The notes under the pieces are model-generated. The model worked only from the letters and a program-made list of their open reading frames with translations. It ran no database searches and was not told the DNA's origin. Below are positions 14,221-24,360 of a stretch of 64,000 bases of DNA, one piece after another. The stretch comes from Geosiphon pyriformis uo1 (Eukaryota > Fungi > Glomeromycota): contig JAAOMT010000496.1 of the NCBI GenBank assembly GCA_016748015.1, positions 53,022 through 117,021 of the forward strand, written 5' to 3'. A program made the translations under genes and the position numbers. Position 1 is the stretch's first letter, and each line of letters starts with the position of its first letter.

Positions 14221-17200
14221 TAAATAAATTTGTTTGGAAGATTATTATATGTAATGTTCAAGAAATAAACAATTTAGCTAAGTAAAAAGATATAATTAAG
14301 TGGTATGTCAAGTTTAGTAATTGGGTTTTTTTTCTTACTAAAACTAAGCTAAAAGATTAGGTTTGATCTTGGATCAAGAATAAGTTTCAAAGTATGAAAG
14401 TTTTTGTTTCTAAATTAAATACTGGATACATAAGTGCTAGGGTGACTATTGTGTTGAATGATTTTTTGGCTTGGCATGTGTACAAGATTTTTGAAATTCT
14501 GGGTTACTTTGTTTTAATTTGTCTATTATTTGAAAATAAAATTTTAGTTACATTAATAGATTTGTATACTGGTGTTTTGACTAATGTGTAGTTTGGTTAG
14601 GCTAATATGGTAAATTTTTTTATTGCTAAAGTAATCAATTTAAGCTTTTATATTATGTTGAATGGTAATTTCAATGAAGATAGAATTAAACATAACACCA
14701 GTTTCAAGAAGTGTTTTGATCTGAGTTTGTGTAATTCTCTTTTTAGTAAAATGGCTTTCAAGCTTTCAATATAGTTTAATTTATAAAATGTGAAAAAATT
14801 ATCAACTATATTTTTGTTAGTAAACATTTTTTCTTCTTTGTGATAATTCAGAGTGTTAAAAGTATGGCTGGATTTTTTGATACTGATTATAAAGCTGTTA
14901 TAGTCTTTTTTGGTCTTAGTAGTTTATTAAATATTCATTTTTTTGTAATTTATAAGCAAGCTAATAGAAACCATTAGAAGTTTAAAGTTAAAAATTCAGA
15001 TAATGCTAAATAATTTTGTTTTTAAAATAGTGTTTTTACTAGTCTGTTTAAGATTTTGGGTAGTTTTAATATTGCAAAAAATTTGAGAAATTTGAACACT
15101 ATGTAAAAGATCTTGAAAAGAATAATGATTAACTTAGTTAACAAAAAATTTTTTAAACAATGGTTTAATAATTTTGAACACACAAAAAAGAAGAAATTCT
15201 TGAAGTTTTATAACCTAAAAATACTAGTTTCAAAGATAACAAAAGCAGGTGATGTATCTGATTATAATTGTCTTATTAAAAAATAGTTAAGTCTGAATAA
15301 TAAAAAGGCTTTAAAAATTGCTGCTATGGTTTTTGATAGTGAGACATAAGTGAAGTATTAAAACAGCTGTTTTTAATTAGAAAAAGATACAGAAAATCTA
15401 AATATTGTAAATTAAAAATGGCCAAAGATGCAGCTATTAAAAAAGCAATTAAGAAACAGATAAACAATTTTAGTTTAAACAAAGGCAGCATGATAAGAAG
15501 TGTTTTGGAATGATCTTTTCACAAAGTTGTTTTGAATCATTTGTTAATTGAGAATGAGTTGGTTTTAAAGCTAAATAAAGTAAAAAGTAGAGTGGATGGG
15601 ATTATAGTGAATTGAATAAAAGAGTATAAGATATCATTAATGCTTTCTGCTGTATGATCTTGCCAATATGTATCTTTAAGCTATGTTAATAAGAATGTCT
15701 TTTTTGATGTAATAGATATGATCAGTATAAATAAATTGATTCAAGTTGTTAATAATTTGTCTAAAAACAAAGCAGTTGGTTTGTTTGAAATATCAAATAA
15801 ATTGTGGAAGCATTATAGTAAAGTAATATTAAAGTGCTTATTGAGTTTGCTGAATTTTTGTTTGTATTTTAAAGAAGTTTCTGATTTTTAGAAAAAAGCA
15901 TGGATCTTAATAATCTCCAAGTTATATGAATAGAATGGTGTTTTAACAAATATATAATTAAAATAACTAGGAAGATTCTATTAAAAATTTTATCAGATCA
16001 TATTTCCTCTTCTTATATGAAATATAATGTCTTTTATGGTAACAACTTTTCTGTTTTAAAGAATTCTTTGACTTAATCTTTTATGTTTGCTATTGGCTTG
16101 ATAATAAAAAATGCTCTGAAAAAGAGCTGAAAAGTCTGGCTTGTTCTTCAGAATATGTGAAAGACATACAATTTAGTAGAATAGCATTATTTGAAGACTA
16201 GTTTAAGACATATTAGAATATATGACAAATTTATTAAGTTTTTTGAATACATACATAAAAGCAAAGTTAACAGAATAATAACTAATTTTGGTCTTTTAGA
16301 TGGTTATAAAGTGTTGAATAGACTAGATTAAGGTAAAGTGTTCTTACTACTTTTATAGAAAAATTTTTATGATTTTTGTTATGTAAAGTTAAAAGCAAAA
16401 ACATTTGTGTGATTACAGAATTAATACAAACTTTGTGACAAAAACAAACAGATTAAAATCTGGTAAAGACAGATCTTCCTTTTTTACAGCAAATGTTTTT
16501 AATAACACAATTTGAGTAAGAAATAGTTAGGCTTCAATGCAACACATTTTGAATATTGTTAGTAAGTTTTTCAAGATAAATAACATTTCTATTAACAATA
16601 ACAAAACAGTGGCTATTTCTATTAATCAGAAGATCAAAATTGCATCTTTGCATATTTATGGTTAGCTTATTGTTATAACCAAATACAGTAAACATCATCA
16701 ATATTTGAGAATATATTTCTCAATGGAAGATATGTCTAAACTTAGTCTTGCCAAGACACAGTCTGATTTTAAGTTCTTCTTAAATTTAGTTCTTAGAAAG
16801 ACTTTGTCAGATAAGCAATTTTTATATCTGGTTTTGACTGTTTTGTAGCTTATTATTAACTATTGCACACAATTCAGCTTTGTTCTAAAGTGGTATGCCA
16901 AAGATAAAATATTATGATGAGAAAAGGACTAAGGTCAAAAGCCAATTTGCTCAGAGATTTTTTTAATAAGACCTTGTATCATCTATTTCTTTATGGTTTG
17001 AAAACATTTACATAATTACAGGCTGAGAGTAAAATTGCTGTGCTGATGGTGTTTTTTAATTCATTTGGAATTCTTGGAAGATTGTTTGAACATTGTTTTT
17101 TGGACTTGCAAGTTTTGGGGTGGACTCTTATAAATTTTCTATAGCATCTTGTCAAATTAATGATCAATTTTTTAAATAACTTTCTTGTGAGTGCAATAAA

Positions 17201-18871
17201 AGTGTTAATGAACAACAAAATTTCCTTGGTTAATAATTTTTTTTGTGCATTCTGTGGTTCTGGCCACTTTGCTATGTTTAAAATTTTGGAAAATTATTTT
17301 TATTTTAGTGTAGTTTACTTTCTAAAGCATTTTGGTGTTGTCTTTAAAGACAGATTATTAAATAAGTATAAAGTATTAATAAAATAGAAGATCTTTTATT
17401 GCTAGAAGAGACTAGATCTTAGGAGCCCAGTTTTATTGTGGTTCAAAAAAGCTTTGATTTTTATAAACAAACTTTCAGTTGTTTCTAATGTATCAGTTTT
17501 TGTTTTAAGTTATTCAGATCTGTTGCATTTTAACATCTTTTTAAATATTCAAAATATTTTACATGAATTGTGAATAAATATTTTCAATGTATACATGAAT
17601 ATATCTTTGAAATACTTAGATATATCAGAGGTTACTGGTAGAGCAGCAGTCTATTTTTTGGATATTAAGATGAGCATAGGCATTAAGGTGCATAGGTTGT
17701 TGTCTTTTATATTTACTAAATTACAAGCAGTTGCCTTGGCTTTGAAGTGTGTTTTTTCTGTTTGCTCTGTGGTTGTGTATTTGAATAGTCAATTAGCATT
17801 AAATGTATATGTCTCGAAATTCATGCTTGATTGTTCAGACTTTTAAAATAAGTGCTAAGTAAAAAGGCATTATATTACAAATTTAATAAGATCTAAGAAT
17901 ATTTCTGTTAAGTAGATAAAAGTCAAGAGATATTTAGGAGTTTCAGATAATAAAAAAGCTAATATTTTAACAAGTGAAGCTGCACATTCTGGTTTGTTTC
18001 TTTTTATAAGAATTTATGAAAAATTTTTTATGGCTAATGGCCAGGTCATATTAGAGAATATTTGCTATTTTGTTTGAGATGTTTATTGGTCTATACATCA
18101 TGCTTAGTGGAAAGCTAGTTCTGATGTTAAGATTGTAAGTAAATCAATAATTGTAAACATTGATTGAATTAACACTGTTGCAGTTTAGCATCCAGATTTG
18201 TACATATTAGTAGAATTTACAAACAAAACTTTTATTACTCTTTGTATTTATTTAATAAAAGCAGTTCATAAGAGACTGCTGACTGCAATAAGAAAAAGAC
18301 TCTATAATAAGACATATTCAAGTATGTTGTGCCTATTATGTAATAATATTGAACTATTTAATTATATTTTCACTTGTCCAAAAGACTCTGATGTATGTGC
18401 TAGCATTTTATTGAGTTATGTTAAACTTTAGAAATTCTTAACAAATAGTTGTTGTATATTGTTTTCTAGGATGCTATATATGGTTTTTTCTAGAATTTTG
18501 GATGTTGGTGTTTACATGGTTTTGTGTAAAAATTTTGTTTTTAGAAAATGAATGAATCAAATAATTTCTATTTTTAATAATCAGAAAAAAACATTGTTAG
18601 TAATAATTAATTTCATTTGTAATTTAGCTAAGAGACATTGTGAGTTATGATTGTTTAGGGCTAAATTCAGGGTGAAATTGAAAAAAAATAGTCTGGTTAG
18701 AAATATTGGCTTAATTGCTATAGCTTTAAATAAGATGTCAGAATTTCTGTCTATAGAAGTTATTTAGCTGCTCAGTATTTTCAAATCTTTTGCTATTAGT
18801 TTTAGTTTGCATAAGATGTGTGTTTTTTTTTAGGCATTAATAATAATGTTAGAATTTATATAAATATATAG
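14220..18871 (+). pseudogene. LINE ORF2 polyprotein (APE endonuclease, reverse transcriptase, RNase H, Zn finger), disrupted
   Basis: The motifs occur in the expected order, with many TGG>TAG/TGA/TAA stops and several frameshifts. Confidence 0.9.
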
Positions 18872-18984
18872 TGTAGTTTTAATTAACCCAAGTAGCTGGT
18901 CACATGTAGCAAGCACATAAGCCATATTTAGTTAAATTTTTTTGTCATATTTTTATATGCTAAATAGTGGTTGGGCCACACTCA

Positions 18985-21280
18985 TTTTTTTTTTTATTTG
19001 CTTAACAAGTGCAGTCCAAAAACAATCTAGTACTATACATCAAAGAAATAATTTTAACTAGATGTTAATCATGTGCTTTCTATATGTGACTAGTTACTTG
19101 GACCAATCAAAAACACACTACACTGAAACAATAAGAGGTGGGAATAACCCCAACCCACGAATTTTTTTAATAACACTATTCAGATTCTTAGAATCAAAAA
19201 TAAACCCACTAAGAAATAATCTAGTAGATTCAACACTACTTCTAATCTCAGCACCCAACATCCGCCACAAAGCTATAACACACTCAATAGTGTCCTCACT
19301 TAAGAGAGAAGATTTGACAGCCTGCATATCATCATAATCCATACCACCAAAGTCAACTTCAGATCTAAGACAAGCAATGTCCTTAGACACATCAACCATA
19401 AGATTGGCAAAATTATTAGAAGCATATTTCATAGAAAGGAGATCTTTCTCAATCTGAACAGCTTTAACAGCATTATCATCAAGGAGACAAGATACTAAGA
19501 CAACCAAAGAGCCAACAGGCTCAACAATAGACTTCACCAAAGCAGCCAAATCCGAAATTTGCTTTTCCAAAAAGTCCAATCTGGACCCAACAGCAGGATT
19601 AACAACAGTCACAGAAGGGGTGGAAGCTATCAAAAGAGAAAATTCAGACATAACAGAGGGAGCAAATGCCTTAGCATAAGACAAAAAATCAACAAAATAT
19701 GGTTTGAACACCTTGGGAGTCTTAGGAAAGAGAGATGAAGCAACTTTACAGTCTACAGCCAAGTGACCTGTTTCTTGACACCGAAAACAATGTCAACAAT
19801 TAAAAGTCTCTCACCAGATATGACACTTTCTAAGCATACCAGTTTTGGCAACAACAAAATCCAAATCAGCTTGGGAGCCAAATGTAACAAGAGCAAAATG
19901 AAGACAATGACCAGAATCAGGAGACTGAGAAATGAAACAAGTCTTGCCACTAATCTGAGAAATCATATCACTGATTTCAAAAGCAGTACAGCCAAGAAGA
20001 AGGTTGACCAACTTAGCCTTAAACCCATCACGAGACAAAATAGTCTTATTTTGATTCACTAAGGGAAGAACTCTAACACTATCTTTGCCTATCAACACTA
20101 ACCAATGATTCAAAGCAGACATGACAGAATCCAACTTTTTAAAATGAACTACCACATATTGCCAAATGCCAGTAGGCTTCAGTACAACACGAGTAACCAT
20201 ACCAAAAACACCAAAAGCTGTCTTAATGTCAGCAGCAGACACACCCAAAGGCATATCATGCAGCACAACAGCAGCAGAAGGGGATCCAGACTCAGAAACC
20301 ACCAAAGACTTGGCAAATTTAAGAGTGGCAAGACGAACAGAGCTTGTAAGCTCAACTAAAAATGCAGTATCTAAAAAGGTTTGAGAAGCAAATTTCACAC
20401 AAAAAAGCTTCATATTGTCTTTTAAAACAGACTTAGCACCCAAAAAACCATGTACAGACTGAAAAACAGTCTTAACATGAGCCAACTTGATTTTAAAAAT
20501 AACACCAGGCACCAGAGTGGAGGCCACTTACCCAGCAAACCTTTGACGACTAGTAATAGTTTCCCAAGCACCACCAGAAGTAGCACCAGAAACTAGAGAA
20601 GAAGATGATTCAGTTTCCATTTGATCAGCCCAGTTCTTAAGAACAGATGACCCAACAGGAGGAGATTGTTTTGTTTCTAAAACCAGCAATAATCTGCCAA
20701 AAGACACCACATTTGGCAACACAGCCAGTGGTTGATCCAAGCCCATCTTGGATGATGTGCTGGATAATGCTATGGAAATCTCATCTAAGATCTCATTGGG
20801 AACCACAAAGAAGTTCAGTGTAACAATAGCAGAGGCAAGTGATTGCCTTCACTTTTCTGAACTTTTGGTCTTTTTGACCATTTTTTTGAAGAGGTGGTGC
20901 TAAAAGCACCAGGTGTTGAATTTATAGAGGGGAAGACCAGCTTATTTACTAGTTTATTATTAAAAACTTTTAGGCTTTTAGTTGGGATGGAGACAACACT
21001 GGAACTAATCCAAGTGTGTCTCTTTGAGGGAACTTTGACTGGTAAAAAACCAGCCAAAAATGAGGAAGTTGCTTCAGTGGCTACTAAAGGCAGCTTATCA
21101 CAATTACTAGGTAAGAGAAAGGCTTCTAAAATGTTTTGCCTAGTTGCTTCTACAACAGAGAGAGCTCCTCTGGTTGAAATTTTATTAGATATCTCAGGAC
21201 AGATATTAGGTGCAGCTTTTTTACTTTTTGCTTTAGTTGTGGTCATAAAATTAAGGAGACAAAGAGTTTTTTTCACACTC
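18985..21280 (-). mobile_element. ORF1-only non-LTR element (HAL1-like), copy B, least decayed repeat in the window
   Basis: Fragments 20815-21282, 20528-20806, 19811-20527 and 19118-19762 join into one ~710-aa frame from ATG 21246, with one 1-nt homopolymer frameshift near 20881 and a few Trp/Arg>stop changes. Intact knuckle CFRCQETGHLAVDC at ~19749-19790. Stop at 19118 is followed directly by the shared tail and A11 (18985-18995). Confidence 0.9.
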
Positions 21281-21569
21281 ATAAAAAATTATTAAAAAAA
21301 AATAATTATTGCTTTAATTGTTTTTATAATATTATAAAAATTAATATATAGTCTAATTATTAATTAAGTATTTTTATAATTTTTGTTTAATAATAATATT
21401 AAATTATTTTAGCTTAATATTCAGTTTAAATAATCTATTCATTATTAAATTTGTGACTTAAATATAATTGGTTTTTAATTAATTAATTTAAAATTTTATG
21501 TTAATATAACTGCTATTTAAAGATTAACTAAATTTAATAAATATATTATTAAAAAAATACTAATATTTT

Positions 21570-23020
21570 TTTATTATTATAATTTTATGAATAAAATCTA
21601 AACACTACTTAACACAATACATCAAATTAAGTAATCTAAATTAGACATAAATTATGCATTTTCTATATATAACCAGTTATTTGGGCCAATCAAAGATACA
21701 GTATATATCTATTTTAGCAGAAATTACATAATTAACACCAAAAAAAAAGTAAATAGCTTAAATAAACCAAAACTAATATTATGTGTTTTTGTAAATTCAA
21801 GCAACTTAACAATATTGTCAAAGAGCAAAGATAACAAATTATAAACTATTGAAAACACAGAACTATTAAGTATAATTAGATTATTTTTTTTCATAATTGT
21901 TCTATATTTAAATTTTATTAATTATATATTAACACAATAAACCATCCTCAAATCTTATATAAAGTTAATAATTTTCTTACTTTCAATTTTGGCACAATCA
22001 AAAACAGATACAGTTTCCAAAAACCAATCTTTAAATACAAAATAATATAAACAATATCATTAAATATACACAAAAAAAACATTTACAAGATACAAAATAA
22101 CAATAAATTTAATTCTAATATAAAACTTTAATGGGCCAAACATAACTTAAATAATTTTTTGCAAACAACAGATTCCATTTTACATGTAAAAAAGTGATTA
22201 AAAATTTTTACACCTCTATAATAGAGACATAATACACTAAGATATTTTTTATTATATAAGCACTTATAAACAACAACAGACAAGTAATTATATATAGTTT
22301 TCATAAAATACAAATATAAATCAACAATGAATTAAAACTATATACAAGTCAGAATGCTAAATTAATAATATTAGAACTTAATCTATATCTTCAATTATGT
22401 TTTTATTAACAATATTAGACCCAGATCCAATTTTTTAGCAAATATAATTAACAGTTTTAAAAACATTATAAGCAAAATAACAAATATTTTCAAATATTGT
22501 TATTCTATTAGCTTTGATATATCTTTTTTTAATAAGAATAGAAAACACCACATTTGAACACAAAGTTATATTAGCTAACTATTAGTGTACTTATTATTCA
22601 AGACACCTAAATGACTTTTAATTTTAAACCAAAAAACATTAAAATTTTTATTTCTAATAGAATTTGCAATATAATGCCTTTTAAGCCAGCACTAATTAAA
22701 AAAGTTTGACAAAACCATATTTAATTTTGCAGCACAAACATCTAAAGCAGCTTGGCTATTTAAGTACAATATAGAAACAAAAACACATTCCAAAGCCAGA
22801 GCAATTATTTGTAATTTTGCCAATATAAAAAAGATCAAACTATTAATCTCAATGTCTATATTCAAATTCAGATTAGCAAAAAATACAGTAATATTATATT
22901 TTATGTTATATATACCCAAATTTCTTAAAAATTTATTGTATAAACATTAATAACATCCAAATTAGCATCAAAAAAACATTGTCTGATTGTAGAAAAATTG
23001 GTCTTCTTTGGACCTTTTAT
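21570..23020 (-). mobile_element. 5'-truncated LINE (RNase H, Zn finger, 3' tail), degenerate
   Basis: 22692-22919 reads LAKLQIIALALECV..YLNSQAALD. 22128-22313 reads CLYYRGVKIFNHFFTC. Shared tail TTGGCCCAAATAACTGGTTATATATAGAAAATGCATAA on the minus strand at ~21590-21705. Confidence 0.85.
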
Positions 23021-23517
23021 AGTATTCTATTAGGTTGTAAGTTAGTCTTGTGAATAATTTTTTGGCAGATGTGATGAAATTTTTTTTAGAGAATAAGCTA
23101 TTTTTGATAAACAATTTGTTCAGTGCTTTTTGTAAATCTGGCCAGTTTTCAATGTCTGGTATTTTGGGTTATTCTTTGTATTACAATTTTGTTCTTTCTT
23201 TAAAGCAATTTGATGTTGTTTTTGATGATAAAATTTTGGACAAAAAAAAGAGAGTGATAGATTGGAAAACATTTTGACAGTAGAAAAAATTGGATCCAAG
23301 AGGCTCTGTACTTTACTGGTTTACTCTGGCAGCTGGGTTTATGAGTAAACATATGTTTTTGGAGATTGAGTTTATTAATATTCTTAAATTACCAGTGTTA
23401 AGTATCTTGAATTTTGTGTTGTTCTCTGATGTTTGTGGTAGTCTAGTAGAGATTTGGTCTAATTGTATTAAGGTTTACAAAATAGGTCTTTAAAGGGTGC
23501 TAGTTCTGTTAAAGTGG

Positions 23518-24360
23518 TATTACAGTTGATTATTTGGGGTCTCAAATCAAATAACAAATCTGTAATGTAGTGCTTAATTGATGTATTGATGTTAGTAATT
23601 TCTGAAGGTGTGTTTTCTAAAGGTTTTGGTTGAGTCTTTTGTATAATAGACAGAGATTCAATTGATAGTTTTATCCATAGCTTCTCAAAATTACAGTTTT
23701 ATCAATTTTTTTTTCAGCATGATGGCCAGTAATCCTCTTGATAAGATATTCTTAATTCCAAGTATCCACTTTTATTTCTGGGTCTTTTACCAGTGCTATA
23801 TCCTGATATCATTATCTCCACATATAAATCTTTTTAATCAAATTAACAAACAACAAGAAAATAAAACAAGAAAAAAAATAAAAAAAATAAAAAAATAAGC
23901 CAAGGCAATTTGCACATTAGTATTCCATCAATAACCATGATCAAGAGCTATTGTTCTAATGTGGTTAAGTATTAATTACTATTAACATAAAGTGTTAATA
24001 GTAAAGAGTGGATTTGAGATAATAAATAATTATTTATTAATATTTGTAATGTAGAAAGTTGCTTAGATCAAATCTAAACTGAGAGATCTGTCTTTTCTGC
24101 TTTTAATGCTATTGCTATATATACTTAATTTATGTTCTATAAAATTGCTCACATTCTGGAGCAATGTGCTATAATTTCTTAAACAATGCTCACATTGCTG
24201 AGCAATGTAACCTAATTTTCTAATATCGCTCCACATTGTTAAGCAATGTGCCATAATTTTTGATATTGCTTCATATTGCTGAACAATGTGCTTACATACA
24301 AACTACTACTTCCTTATTGGTCTACTATTTTCTATATCAGTTTTCTTTTTATGAGTAACA
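23518..24360. mobile_element. Solo LTR (843 bp), probably Ty3/Gypsy
   Basis: Termini TATTAC...GTAACA (decayed TGTTAC...GTAACA inverted repeat). Flanks GTGG (23514-23517) and GTGA (24361-24364) form a 4-bp TSD with one G>A change. The LINE RNase H sequence resumes across it. Confidence 0.75.
24146..24292. repeat. Four-copy ~41-bp tandem array with palindromic core CACATTGCT-G-AGCAATGTG
   Basis: Cores at 24150-24168, 24191-24209, 24232-24250 and 24272-24290 (periods 41, 41, 40). Confidence 0.9.

Larger units (their letters stand above)
12330..18984 (+). mobile_element. Full-length (~6.6 kb) LINE, degenerate; ORF1 plus ORF2 (APE-RT-RNase H-Zn finger)
   Basis: ORF1 at ~12470-14220 has an RRM-like region and knuckle CIKYGCFGHLAFEC (13521-13562). 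ORF2 from ~14220 reads NKFVWKIIICNVQEIN and shows APE motifs LNGNFNE (~14660) and TDYKAV (~14880). RT motifs LQNM*KTYNLV (~16145), LD*GKVF (~16322) and NVFNNTI* (~16490). RNase H ~17590-17990; CLLCNNIELFNYIFTC at 18329-18376. Stop at 18869-18871, then the shared tail. Confidence 0.93.

Noticed and set aside
19062-21295. Plus-strand ORFs (19062, 19763, 20105, 20166, 20894) and similar ones at 472-869 and 8760-10347
   Set aside because: They are antisense or alternative-frame shadows of retroelement ORFs with no recognisable motifs.
24146-24292. CRISPR-like array (palindromic repeats with ~22-nt spacers)
   Set aside because: The spacers resemble each other, there are no cas genes, the context is eukaryotic, and the array sits inside an LTR. 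It is a tandem repeat.
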